Source: an uncultured Acidobacteriota bacterium (GTDB lineage: Bacteria; Acidobacteriota; Thermoanaerobaculia; Multivoradales; UBA5704). From it: DNA of 64,000 bases. This document shows, in pieces, positions 37,658 to 47,469 of this stretch. Position numbers and translations under genes: made by a program. The notes under the pieces are model-generated. The model saw nothing but the letters and a program-made list of their open reading frames with translations. It was not told where the DNA came from and did not search any database. Where the stretch lies: NCBI GenBank assembly GCA_963770895.1, contig CAVYRF010000001.1, forward strand, positions 1,536,001-1,600,000, in the 5' to 3' direction. Position 1 is the first letter of the stretch; each line of letters starts with the position of its first letter.

Positions 37658-40150
37658 GTGGAGCTCTCGATGCCAGGTCTCGCTGCGCAGCTCATCCTCG
37701 CCGGCTTCCTGATCCTCGCCGCCGCTCCCGCCGGGCCGTCCGTGGACCCGGCGGCGCCGGACCCGCCGGACCCGCCGGACCCGCCCGCGGCCGCGGCGCC
37801 TGCCACCAAGGAGGCTCCGCAGCCCAGTACCCCGGAGGCTTCGCCGCAGTCGCCGGCTCGCCAGGACGTGCCGCCCGCCTCCCCGCCGCGCTTCAGCGGC
37901 GAGATCAAGGTCATCGCCCAATCGCCGCTCGGGGGCGCCAGCCAGGCGGGAGCGCGCGCGGCCGCCACCGTCGAGTCGGCCACCGCCGCCGACATCGCGG
38001 TGGCGCAGCCGCTCGAGATCTCCGACTTCATGTCCTCGCGCCTGGCGAGCGTGATGGCCACGGACACGCAGGGGAACCCGTTCGAGCGCGACCTGCAGAT
38101 CCGCGGCTTCACCGCCTCCCCGGTGCTCGGCACGCCAGAGGGCATCGCGCTGTACCAGGACGGTGTGCGCCTCAACGAGCCGTTCGGCGACACCGTGGAC
38201 TGGGACCTGATCCCGCTCGCCGCGATTTCACGGCTCGACCTCGCCCAGGGCGCCAGCCCGATGTTCGGCCTCAACGCCGAGGGCGGTGTCATCACCCTGG
38301 TCACCAAATCGGGCCTCACCGATCCCGGCATCCAGGCCAACCTGCACGGCGGCAGCTTCGGCAGCCGCGGCCTGGACGGCGCGGCAGGTCGCCACTGGGG
38401 CGGGGCGAGCGCATTGGTCGCCACCGACCTGTACGATGAAGACGGCTGGCGCGAGCACTCGCCGACCAAGGTTGGACAGTTATTCAGCAACGTCGGATGG
38501 GCCGGCGACCGCGGCAGCATCGACCTGAGCCTGACCGGCTCCGAAGGCCGCCTGGCGGGCAACGGCGCGACGCCGGTGCAGCTGCTGGCGGAGGACCCCC
38601 GCGCCGTCTTCACCTTCCCCGATTCCACCTCCCGGAGCTCGCTGCTCACCGCGGTGCGCTTTGGCTGGAGCCCCGGCTCGACGACGCTGCTTGACGGCAA
38701 CGTCTACGGTCGCGGCATCCTCACCTCGACGGTGAACGGCGACGCCACCTCCTACGATCCGTGCACCCTGGCGGGCGACTCCGGCCTGCTCTGCATCGGG
38801 TCGGGCGCCGGCGAGCAGCCGGTGAACGACCAGTTCGGCCACACCGTGCCGGTCGGAACGCCGCCGCTCAACGGCGCGCTCAACGACACCCGCACTCGCG
38901 AGACGGCCTTCGGCGGATCGTTCCAGGCCGCCTTCTCGCAGGAGGTCGCGGGCCGCCACAACGAGCTGCTCGCCGGCGCCACGACCGACCTCGCGGACGC
39001 TCGCTTCGGCGCGCAGTCGGAGCTGGGCATTCTCACCGACGACCGCGACACGCTGGGCAACGGTCTGGTCACCCTCGACTCCCTGGTGCGCGTCGACAGC
39101 CACCTCGACCACGTCGGCCTTTTCGTCGCCGACACCTTCCTGCCGCGCAGCGACCTCACCGTTCACCTCGCCGGCCGCTTCGACGTGGCGGACGTCCGCC
39201 TCGACGACCAGCTGGGCGGCGACCTCTCGGGGCGGCAGACCTACCGCCACTTCAACCCCTCCGCCGGCCTGACCTACGCCCTAGCGCCGAGCATCGCGGT
39301 CTACGGCCGCTTCTCGGAATCGTCGCGGCCGCCCAACCCGATCGAGCTGACCTGCTCCGACCCCACCTCGGGATGCCGCTTGCCGAGCGCCTTCGTCTCC
39401 GACCCACCGCTCGACCAGGTGGTCACCCGCAGCTTCGAGGTGGGCGCCCGCGGCCAGCTCGCCGCCGGCGGCGGCGGCAGCGGCGGCGGCCGGCCGGAAA
39501 GCCTGCTGGCGCGGGCCGGCCGCGTGCAGTGGAGCCTCGCCCTCTATCGCGCCGACAGCCTCGACGACATCCTGTTCATCAACAGCGGCACGCTCATCGG
39601 GCAGGGCTACTTCGCCAACGTCGGCCGCACCCGCCGCCAGGGGCTCGACCTCGACCTGCGCGGTGCCGCGGGCGAGCCCGTCTCCTGGTTCCTCGCCTTC
39701 AGCCTCACCGACGCCCGCTTCGAGACCCCCTTCCTGGCGGCCAGCCCCGACAACCCGTTCGCCGACAACGGCAGCATCGCGGTGGCGCGCGGCGCACACC
39801 TGCCGCTCATCCCGCTCTACGACGTCAAAGCCGGCTTCGACGTCGGCTCCCAGCGCTGGCGGGCCGGGCTCGAATTTCTCTACCTGTCGCCCGAGTACCT
39901 GCGCGGCGACGAGGCCAACCTCGCACCGCCCCTCCCCGGCCAGGAGCTCTTCACCGCCACCGGCCGCGTCGTGCTGAGCAAGCGCCTTTCGCTGGTCGCC
40001 CGCATCACCAACCTCCTCGACCGCAAGCTCTCGAGCTTCGGCACCTTCGGCGAAGCCAGCGACGTCCTCGGCGCCGCCTTCGACAATCCGCGCTTCCTCG
40101 TGCCGGCAGCTCCCCGCGCCTACACCCTGGGCATCCAGATAGGACGCTGA
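37658..40150 (+). CDS. TonB-dependent receptor with LutH-like plug motif
   Basis: 'RGFTASPVLGTPEGIALYQDGVRLNEPFGDTVDWDLIP', 'ELTCSDP..CRLP', 'GYFANVGRTRRQG' and 'RGDEAN'. Confidence 0.92.
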   Translation: MELSMPGLAAQLILAGFLILAAAPAGPSVDPAAPDPPDPPDPPAAAAPATKEAPQPSTPEASPQSPARQDVPPASPPRFSGEIKVIAQSPLGGASQAGARAAATVESATAADIAVAQPLEISDFMSSRLASVMATDTQGNPFERDLQIRGFTASPVLGTPEGIALYQDGVRLNEPFGDTVDWDLIPLAAISRLDLAQGASPMFGLNAEGGVITLVTKSGLTDPGIQANLHGGSFGSRGLDGAAGRHWGGASALVATDLYDEDGWREHSPTKVGQLFSNVGWAGDRGSIDLSLTGSEGRLAGNGATPVQLLAEDPRAVFTFPDSTSRSSLLTAVRFGWSPGSTTLLDGNVYGRGILTSTVNGDATSYDPCTLAGDSGLLCIGSGAGEQPVNDQFGHTVPVGTPPLNGALNDTRTRETAFGGSFQAAFSQEVAGRHNELLAGATTDLADARFGAQSELGILTDDRDTLGNGLVTLDSLVRVDSHLDHVGLFVADTFLPRSDLTVHLAGRFDVADVRLDDQLGGDLSGRQTYRHFNPSAGLTYALAPSIAVYGRFSESSRPPNPIELTCSDPTSGCRLPSAFVSDPPLDQVVTRSFEVGARGQLAAGGGGSGGGRPESLLARAGRVQWSLALYRADSLDDILFINSGTLIGQGYFANVGRTRRQGLDLDLRGAAGEPVSWFLAFSLTDARFETPFLAASPDNPFADNGSIAVARGAHLPLIPLYDVKAGFDVGSQRWRAGLEFLYLSPEYLRGDEANLAPPLPGQELFTATGRVVLSKRLSLVARITNLLDRKLSSFGTFGEASDVLGAAFDNPRFLVPAAPRAYTLGIQIGR

Positions 40151-40375
40151 GCGCGCGCAGAGGCTTGTAGTCTCGAGGCCTGGCGCGACGACTACAACGC
40201 CCGACATCCCCGCAACCAAGAGCTTCTTCCGCATCCTGGCTGGCGAAGAAATCGGCTCCGGGGTCCGTCTATTGTCGCAAGACCCTGTTACGGCTGCAGC
40301 GTCGGGGCGAGACTAGAACCCCGGTTCCCCAGGCTACGGCCAGCGCTCCCCTGCGAGCCGGAAGGAGGTTCCGAA

Positions 40376-42058
40376 ATGTTGGCGAAATCTGCGCAGGATA
40401 GGTCTGCTGGAGGAAGACAGCTTCGCCAGCTTGGACGAGGAGGTTTGCTCGCGCTGGCCCTCTGCTCCGTGAGCATTGTGATGTCGAGTTGCACTACCGG
40501 GATAGGCAAGCCGCCGAAGACCAACCTCATCGTGGCCGATGAGCAGGGGCGCCCGCTGGAACTGTCTCCGCACTATCCGCCGATGGCCCTGGCAAAATAC
40601 GACCTCTACCTGGACGATATATTCAGTGACCTTGAGCGGTATTGCCAAGGACGTGGGTCTGAACCTTGCCGGGTCCTACTGTTCTTCCATGGCGGATTGA
40701 ACAGCCATGACGATTCGGTGTGCCGCGCTGAGAAGTGGCAGGAGACGATCAGGGCAGCTGGCTTTTATCCCATATTTGTCAGCTGGGATTCCTCGTTTCC
40801 TGCGGCTTGGTGGGATCACGTGGCACATGTGCATCAGGGCGTGTGGACCAGCAACAGATGGGTGTGGGCTTCGCCCTACGTCGCGGCAAAGGACGAGCTG
40901 AAGTCAATCGCCGATACACCACTCGAGTGGATGGCCGAAATCCGACACACTTTGCCCACGATGCCTGGATTGGGAGAGACCGGAGATCTCAACAGGAACG
41001 CACACGCCAGTTACGTTGACCTTGTCGATGGTGCCGCAGAGAACCGGGAATCTCGCATCGACATCAATGATCTCCTGGAAGGTGGAGTGCTGGCAGGGGA
41101 CGACCGCACGCTGGGCGAAAAGGTCGCTCCTGTGGCGCTTCTTCCTTTCACTCTAGCGACGAAGCTTCTTGCGCCGCCGCTGATCATCGAGGGGGCGGGA
41201 TCGGGCGCTTGGGACATCATGCGGCGGCGCACCTATCTCCTCTTCCGTACGGAGGCTGAGGCGCAAGCTCAACCGGCCCGGGAGCGACGAGAGGCTCGAA
41301 ATGGCGAAGCGGTGGGCACGGCGCCGGGAGAGTCAGAAGAGATCGAGAAAGCTCGGGACACGGACACCGTGGCGGCGCTAGCATATTTTATCACTCGCAT
41401 GCAGCAGGTCTTCTTGCCGCGGTTCTGTCCAGAAGAATATGGCATGCAAAGAGTGCAGGCGGTCGGAGAGCCGTCGATGCCAATGAGCGTCGAAGAGAAC
41501 GACCTGTCCTGCGACGGACGATTTAAGATAACCCTCGTGGGGCACAGCATGGGCGCGATCATCGTCGATCAGCTCCTTCGCTATGCGCCCATGCTGCCGG
41601 TCGAGAACATCGTGTTTATGGCGGGAGCAACCACGGTCGAGGATTACAAGGATACGGTCGAGCCCTTTCTCGAAGGTCACCCAGAGACCCAAATGTATCA
41701 TCTGATTCTGCATCCCGGAGCTGAGGTCGCAGAGACAAATTGGTTAGATCTGGCACCTCGCGGCTCTCTGTTGGTGTGGATCGACAACTATTTCACAGAT
41801 CCAGTGACTCGGCAGGAGCGTACGGTGGGACGCTTCCTCAATTTAATGCCCGAGTTGACCAATACTCCGAATTCGATTCGAGCACAAGTGCATGTGAAGG
41901 TCTTTCACTTCGGAGCCGATGGGCAGAAGTGGAATCCTCAAAAGCACGGTGATTTCAGCATCTTTCCCTTCTGGGATAAGGCCTTCTGGAATCCGGAGGT
42001 CGAGAGCGGTGATGGCGCTCCGGAGAGACTTGCTCCCCCGCAGTGCGACGGCCAGTAG
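40376..42058 (+). CDS. Exported/lipoprotein alpha/beta-hydrolase-fold protein
   Basis: 'LLFFHGGLNS' oxyanion-type motif, GHSMG nucleophile elbow and a late His. Possible lipobox MSSC. Lower GC3 than its neighbours. Confidence 0.75.
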   Translation: MLAKSAQDRSAGGRQLRQLGRGGLLALALCSVSIVMSSCTTGIGKPPKTNLIVADEQGRPLELSPHYPPMALAKYDLYLDDIFSDLERYCQGRGSEPCRVLLFFHGGLNSHDDSVCRAEKWQETIRAAGFYPIFVSWDSSFPAAWWDHVAHVHQGVWTSNRWVWASPYVAAKDELKSIADTPLEWMAEIRHTLPTMPGLGETGDLNRNAHASYVDLVDGAAENRESRIDINDLLEGGVLAGDDRTLGEKVAPVALLPFTLATKLLAPPLIIEGAGSGAWDIMRRRTYLLFRTEAEAQAQPARERREARNGEAVGTAPGESEEIEKARDTDTVAALAYFITRMQQVFLPRFCPEEYGMQRVQAVGEPSMPMSVEENDLSCDGRFKITLVGHSMGAIIVDQLLRYAPMLPVENIVFMAGATTVEDYKDTVEPFLEGHPETQMYHLILHPGAEVAETNWLDLAPRGSLLVWIDNYFTDPVTRQERTVGRFLNLMPELTNTPNSIRAQVHVKVFHFGADGQKWNPQKHGDFSIFPFWDKAFWNPEVESGDGAPERLAPPQCDGQ

Positions 42059-42349
42059 CGCGCTTGCCCACCGTTGTGGCTGGGCGCGCTCCCTGAACGT
42101 GATCTCAGGGTCGCGCCCGCTACGCGTTTCCGTGGGACCTTGGGCTGGGGGCACTATGCTCCAGCGAAAGACTGAATCCCTAAACGGTCTACCGTCCTCC
42201 GATCCGGGGCAACACCAGTACCGCCGAGTCAGCTGCCGCAGTCAGCAGACTCTGGAGTGCCAGGAAGTGACCATGCTGGAGGGTGCTTTACCCAGGCGGC
42301 TTGGACCCGCGGCTGTCGACTGGTAGCATCCCTGCTCGACCTCTTGCCG

Positions 42350-42730
42350 ATGCCCGCGACGACAACCCTCTACCGCCCGGTGGGCTTTTTCGAGCTGGAG
42401 CTGATCGCCGCGCGGAGCTTCGCTGCCTTTCCACCGCGGCTGCCGCACCAGCCGTTCTTCTACCCGGTATTGAACGCGGACTACGCAACCCAGATCGCCC
42501 GCGACTGGAACACCCGCGACGCGGCCTCGGGCTTCGCCGGTTACGTGACTCGCTTCGCAGTTGACTCCGCTTTCCTCGCTCGCTACGAGGTTCACACCGT
42601 CGGGGGACGTTTGCACCAGGAGTATTGGATTCCCGCCGAGGAGCTGGACGCATTCAATGCGCACCTGGTCGGCAGCATCGAGGTGATCGCGGAGTTCCGC
42701 TCCGGGTCGCCGGACGACTCTTCGCGCTAA
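42350..42730 (+). CDS. Small conserved protein of the family usually annotated 'ADP-ribosylation/crystallin J1'
   Basis: 'LYRPVG..EL.LI....AFPPRLP.QPFFYPVLN..YA.QIARDWN...GYVTRF...HQEYWIPAEEL..FN' family pattern. Confidence 0.75.
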   Translation: MPATTTLYRPVGFFELELIAARSFAAFPPRLPHQPFFYPVLNADYATQIARDWNTRDAASGFAGYVTRFAVDSAFLARYEVHTVGGRLHQEYWIPAEELDAFNAHLVGSIEVIAEFRSGSPDDSSR

Positions 42731-42796
42731 ATAAAAATCCATCCGCCATGGCGAATTCGTGCGGCGTCGGCTCCAAGCCTCGATGCCGATACAGAG

Positions 42797-43777
42797 GTGA
42801 CGAACATGCCTACGAGATCATCGGTGTCAGGCGACATGGCGCGGCGGCGGCTCGCCGTCGGCGTCCTTGTGGCGGTCGCCGCGGGGGCCGGGCTGGCTGC
42901 GTTCGCCAGCTCGGGCGGCGCGGGTATCGTGCCCACCAAGCGGCAGACAATCCAGCTCACGTATCTGGGGAACGCGGGGTGGCAGATCGAGGATGGTCAC
43001 GGCGTGGTGCTCGTCGATCCGTACATCTCTCAGTTCAAGGTGCCGCGCGCCAGCTTCGCAAGCTCGTTTGACGAGGAGGATGAGATTGTGGAGCCCGACA
43101 CGGCGGGCATCGATGCGCGGATTCATCGGGCGGACTACATTCTCATCACCCACGGCCACCCCGATCACATGCTGGACGCGCCGTATATTGCCAGGAAGAC
43201 GGGCGCGGTGATCGTTGGCAGTGGGACCGCGGCGAATCTCGCTCGGGCTTATGACGTGCCCGACGAGAAGCTGATTACCGTGCGGGGAGGGGAAGACTAC
43301 GAGTTCGGCGGGTTCTCGTTGCGGGTGATCCCCAGCCTGCATTCCCCGCTCCTTCAGAAGCGCTACTACAACAGGCCGTGGGCGGGTGTGGCGCCGCGCG
43401 GGCTCAAGGCGCCGCTGCATGCCTCGGCGTTCGTCGAAGGGGGCAGCTTTGCCTATCTGCTGCGCATGGGCGGCCATACGATGCTCATCATGGGAACGAT
43501 GAATTTCATCGAGCGCGAGATGGACGGACTGCGGCCCGACATCGCCCTGGTCGGCGCCGGTGCCTCGCGGAAGGAAAGCTACGACTATGCCGGTCGGCTG
43601 ATGCGATCCCTCGGCCATCCCGCCGTGGTCCTCCCCACGCACTGGGACTCCTGGGTTACGGCGTCCGACGAGAAGGCACGGCAAGGCGCTCTGGAATTCG
43701 CCGCCGAGATCAAGGCTGCCTCGCCCGGGACGCGCGTTCTCATTCCTGACTACTTCAAGCCGATCGCGCTGCCCTGA
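42797..43777 (+). CDS. Exported metallo-beta-lactamase-fold hydrolase (UlaG-like)
   Basis: THGHPDH (HxHxDH), 'PSLHS' and 'LPTHWD'. Arg-rich signal peptide; the true start may be the downstream Met. Confidence 0.88.
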   Translation: MTNMPTRSSVSGDMARRRLAVGVLVAVAAGAGLAAFASSGGAGIVPTKRQTIQLTYLGNAGWQIEDGHGVVLVDPYISQFKVPRASFASSFDEEDEIVEPDTAGIDARIHRADYILITHGHPDHMLDAPYIARKTGAVIVGSGTAANLARAYDVPDEKLITVRGGEDYEFGGFSLRVIPSLHSPLLQKRYYNRPWAGVAPRGLKAPLHASAFVEGGSFAYLLRMGGHTMLIMGTMNFIEREMDGLRPDIALVGAGASRKESYDYAGRLMRSLGHPAVVLPTHWDSWVTASDEKARQGALEFAAEIKAASPGTRVLIPDYFKPIALP

Positions 43778-44169
43778 TGCCGGCGGCGATGTGCGGGTGG
43801 GGTCGCCTTGGCTCGTGCTCAAGGTCAACCAACCCCTCTCCCGAAGGAAAGGGGCTCGAGGCAGGACGGTGTGGAGAAAAGGGGTGCCGCAGCGAAGCCC
43901 TTCGACTAGGGGGGGTGGACAAAGACGGTATTGGTCATGTGCGAGACCGGTGAAATTGGATACCCCACTGCGAGGCCCTCGATCTCGCGTGATCCCAGGG
44001 GCAGCAGGGTCTCTTTGGCGATCCTCAGCCTCTTCATCTCCGTCTTCTGCTTTTTCATCGTCGGTGCTCCTTTCCCCGGCCGTTCTTGTCGGTCAGGAAT
44101 GAACGTTCACCTAAAGATGAAGGTGCGCGAGGCCACCAAATAGCGCACGACGTTCTCGCGGGATGCGTT

Positions 44170-45435
44170 TCAGGAGAGGGGCTCCAGGCGGAGAGGCGAG
44201 AGCAGCAGGATCCGGTCCCACCGGGGATCGACGCCGGTCGCGGCGCCCAGCAGGACCAGGCCGATGCCGCTGGCGCCTCCCAGGAAGCCCAGGTCCGCAC
44301 CGCCCGGTCGGCCCGCTGGATCCACCGGCGAGAACCCGCCGACGCCCGTCCCGGGCACTCGCATCTCCAGGAGGCGAAGGATCTCCCGGCGGGCAGCGCG
44401 CCGGAACACCGGCCGGCCCGTCTGCTGGTAGAGGCGCGCGAAGATCTGCGCGTAGCCCGCCGGTCCGAAGCCGATGCCGGGATGGCGCTCCGGCACCTCG
44501 TCCATGCGCGCGGCCTCCTGTGTGGCCACCAAAAGGGCTTCCTCCAGGAGGTCCGCATCTCCAAGCGCCCGGGCGGCGTGGGCAAGCGCCGCCGCAATGC
44601 CCGCATCCGCGTAGGCCCACCCCGGGTCGAGGCCTTGAGCTACCGGCGGCCGGCCGGGAGCGACCGCCCAGGGAAAGGCGCGCGGTCCGCCGTCCGGCAG
44701 GCGCTGCCGGCGCAGCCAGTGGACCGTGTCGAGCAGCAGCGGGCGCGCCGTGTCGGTTTCGATCCCCTCCTCCGTAGCGCTGGCCAGGAAGGCGATCACG
44801 CCCGCGACGCCGTGCGCGAGCCCCAGGTTGAAATGGCCCTCGGGGCACCAGCTCCGGTTTCCGCTCTGCGGCGGGCTATGCCAGGCAAGACCCTCGGCGG
44901 CGATCTGCTGGCGTGCCGCCAACCGCTCGACGGCCCTCGTTACCAGCGGGCGGCTTGCGGATTCGAAGCCGTACGCCCCCAGCCCGAGGAGACCATCGAG
45001 CAGATCGTACGGCTCAGCGATGTCCCCGGGGCCCTGCAGATACCCCAGCAACTCTTCGTCGAGGGCCTGCGTGGCGTCCGCGGCGCCCTCGACCCCGAGC
45101 ACCCTCGCCGCGTGATGGAGGATCCAGGCAAGTCCGGCGGCGCCTCGATGGAGGCACATCGGCAGGCGCTCGCCGCCGCCGGCGAGGTCGATGGCGGCGT
45201 CGAGCAGGGTCTGCGCCGCCAGGGCGTCGCCGGTCTCGCCCGTGGCTCGCGCCAGGTAGGTCAGGCACAGAGCTGAGGATGCCAGGTCCCAGACCGATGC
45301 GGAGGCCTGCGCCGGCAGTAGGAGCCGGCGGAGATCGCCGGCGATCGCGCCGACCGCCGCCAGGGCGCGCCGGCGATCCTGCGGGGCGAGACAAGGGCGC
45401 CACGGGAGCGACTCGCGAAACCGCCGCGCAGCCAC
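44170..45435 (-). CDS. LanC-like protein lacking the zinc ligands
   Basis: 'LHRGAAG', 'YDLLDGLLGLG', 'NLGLAHGVAG', 'GFLGGASGIGLVL' and 'PRWDRILLLS' match class I LanC. WCYG is replaced by WAYA and CHG by GFG. Confidence 0.85.
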   Translation of the reverse strand: MAARRFRESLPWRPCLAPQDRRRALAAVGAIAGDLRRLLLPAQASASVWDLASSALCLTYLARATGETGDALAAQTLLDAAIDLAGGGERLPMCLHRGAAGLAWILHHAARVLGVEGAADATQALDEELLGYLQGPGDIAEPYDLLDGLLGLGAYGFESASRPLVTRAVERLAARQQIAAEGLAWHSPPQSGNRSWCPEGHFNLGLAHGVAGVIAFLASATEEGIETDTARPLLLDTVHWLRRQRLPDGGPRAFPWAVAPGRPPVAQGLDPGWAYADAGIAAALAHAARALGDADLLEEALLVATQEAARMDEVPERHPGIGFGPAGYAQIFARLYQQTGRPVFRRAARREILRLLEMRVPGTGVGGFSPVDPAGRPGGADLGFLGGASGIGLVLLGAATGVDPRWDRILLLSPLRLEPLS

Positions 45436-45439
45436 GTCT

Positions 45440-45514
45440 TTATGTGGCCTCCGCGACCGGCCGCCTACCCACCTGGACGTGTTGCCTCTGTCTCCTGATC
45501 TGCAGCGTCTTCAT
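45440..45514 (-). CDS. Putative 24-aa micro-ORF MKTLQIRRQRQHVQVGRRPVAEAT
   Basis: GGAGG 6 nt before the ATG; the TAA ends 4 nt before the LanC-like GTG. Below the size limit of the ORF track. Confidence 0.4.
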   Translation of the reverse strand: MKTLQIRRQRQHVQVGRRPVAEAT

Positions 45515-45550
45515 CTCTGGCCTCCGTCGTGGGCAGTCCTGGCTCGCCGT

Positions 45551-45817
45551 TCAGGTCAGCGCGCAGGTGGCGGTGCGGCAGTCGCGCCCGGCGCAGGTGG
45601 CGGCGCGGCGGGTGGAGCGGCGCGCAGGGACGGCCCCGTAGACCGCCGCCGTTCGCCAGTCCTTATACGTGACGGCGGCATCCGGCGTCACTGCGGCGGC
45701 GCGCGGGGCCTCAGGCGCGGACGGCGCCTGGGCCAAGGTGGCGACGCTCGGAACCTGACCCAGGGAGCCGGCCGAAAAGAGCCTCGGCCATGCCATACGG
45801 ACGTGGTAGCATTCCAT
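45551..45817 (-). CDS. Possible RiPP precursor, or chimeric ORF, with a Thr/Cys-rich C-terminus
   Basis: Ends 'AAVYGA-VPARRSTRRAATCAGRDCRTATCALT*' just upstream of the LanC-like gene. The N-terminal half looks unrelated. Confidence 0.45.
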   Translation of the reverse strand: MECYHVRMAWPRLFSAGSLGQVPSVATLAQAPSAPEAPRAAAVTPDAAVTYKDWRTAAVYGAVPARRSTRRAATCAGRDCRTATCALT

Positions 45818-45904
45818 GTGAAGCTATTGCAACAATAATCCGCACGGACAGCTCCTGCGCCATTTGAACGCCCCCGCCGGCGCGGAAACCACCAAGGAGA
45901 TCTC

Positions 45905-46807
45905 ATGCCGACCTTGATCCTGGCTGCGGCCCTGTGGGCGTTGCTGGCCACGCCCGCGCCGCTGCCGGTTGCCGAGGATTTCGTCGTGCGCTTCGATCGG
46001 CCCCTGGTTGCCGGGGCCGAAATGCGGGTGACGGAAACCCTGACCAACTCCTCGACGGCCTCGGTGAGCGGCATCGACATGCCGGCGCCCACCGAGCAGC
46101 GCGCGGTTCTCCACCTGGACGCCGCCGTCAAGGTCCTGGAAGTCGGCCCCAAGGGGACGCCGCGGCACGCGACGGTGACCGTGCGCCAGCTGACCCGCGA
46201 GGATCGAGGCACAACCACCGAGTTGCTCGCGCCCGGCTTGACCGTCGATGCCCACCTGGAAAATGGCAAGAAGGTCTTTACCCTCGACGGCAAACCGCTC
46301 GATGGCGATGCGAAGGCGGTCCTCGCGGGCGCCGGCATCGTGACCACCGAGGGACCAACCGATGACGAGATCATGGGCTCCGGCCAGCGCCGCCGCATCG
46401 GCGACAGCTGGCCGGTCAAGACCGAGGCAGTGGCGCGGCTTCTGGGCGACACCTTTCCGGTGCGGCCGGAGAGCTTCTCAGGGATGGTCACCCTCGCCGC
46501 CAAAGCCGAGATCCGGCACATCCCTTGCCTCGAATACCACGCCAAGATCGAAGGCAAGGATTTCCGCTTTCCCGCCGACGGCCTCCCCGCCGGCTTCGAA
46601 GCCGGGCAGGCGAACCTGGTGGCCACGCTCTCGGAGCTTGTGCCCCTCGACCTGGCAGCCCCGGTACCGAGCGTCGACTACTCCCTGAACCTGCATGTTG
46701 CCTTTCCGGGCACCCTGGCCGGCAAGAAGGTGACCATGACCCTGGACATGCGCGTCAAAAGCCACGCCGAGACCCTGCCGCTCATCCCCCTCCCGCCGTC
46801 AAGCTGA
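45905..46807 (+). CDS. Secreted hypothetical beta-strand-rich protein
   Basis: AAGGAG RBS, signal peptide and high-GC codon pattern; no recognised motif. Confidence 0.8.
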   Translation: MPTLILAAALWALLATPAPLPVAEDFVVRFDRPLVAGAEMRVTETLTNSSTASVSGIDMPAPTEQRAVLHLDAAVKVLEVGPKGTPRHATVTVRQLTREDRGTTTELLAPGLTVDAHLENGKKVFTLDGKPLDGDAKAVLAGAGIVTTEGPTDDEIMGSGQRRRIGDSWPVKTEAVARLLGDTFPVRPESFSGMVTLAAKAEIRHIPCLEYHAKIEGKDFRFPADGLPAGFEAGQANLVATLSELVPLDLAAPVPSVDYSLNLHVAFPGTLAGKKVTMTLDMRVKSHAETLPLIPLPPSS

Positions 46808-47380
46808 CCGCCGCGGGCAGGGAGACAAGGGTGCGGGCCAGGGCGAGCGCCTGGGTGCAGATCTCGGGCATGGCGATCGATTCCCAGAGGGCCGGGATGC
46901 GGAGCGGCCCGAGCGTGAACAGGCCGGGTACGGGGCGGCCGGCGGAGTCCAGGAACTGACCGTCGGGATCGGTTTCGCAACCGAGGCGCAGCGGGTCGGG
47001 CACGAGCAGGCCGGCAGCGCGCAGCTCGGCGATGAGCGGCAGGCGGCTGGCCGAAACGTCGCGCGCCGGTCCGGTGCAGTTGAAGATGCGCTCGACGGAC
47101 AGGGTGCGTTGCGCTCCCTCCGGATCGCGCCAGGTCAACAGGGCGGCGCCGCCCTGGTCCCGCGCGGCTTCGAGCCGCCCGCGGTGCAAGGTGAGAATCC
47201 CCCGCGCCACCAGGCTGTCGATCTCGGCCGCCACCTCGGGTGCCATGCGGTGGCGGTGCATGTCCCAGAGGTTGCGGGCGTGGCGCAGGAACGTGCCGCG
47301 CTTGGCGAGGCTCCAGCTCTGCCAGATGCCGGCGGTATGCGGACGCAGACTGTCGACGACGGCCCGCCAGTCGGAGCACA
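46782..47380 (-). pseudogene. C-terminal fragment of a FAD/NAD(P)-binding (YdhS-like) oxidoreductase
   Basis: 'DWRAVVDSLRP...WDMHRHRMAP...FNCTGP...LFTLGPL...WESIAMPEI..QA'. The N-terminal Rossmann half is absent. Confidence 0.8.
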
Positions 47381-47469
47381 GATTGGGCGCCGCCAGGGGT
47401 CGTGCAATTGCGATTGGCTTACTATCACTAAGGAAGTAGATGACGCCGCACCTCTGAGGGGGGAATGAT

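Noticed and set aside
37750-37786. 9-bp tandem repeat GGACCCGCC
   Set aside because: An in-frame PDP linker after a signal peptide; a unit length divisible by three gives no phase variation.
43931-44143. 70-aa ORF with a hydrophobic stretch
   Set aside because: Weak start, atypical codon usage and no recognisable motif.
47397-47412. GG-N10-GC element upstream of the copper-radical oxidase
   Set aside because: The -12 TTGC is good but the -24 context is GGTCG rather than GGCAC, and it lies at a suspected breakpoint; too weak to call.
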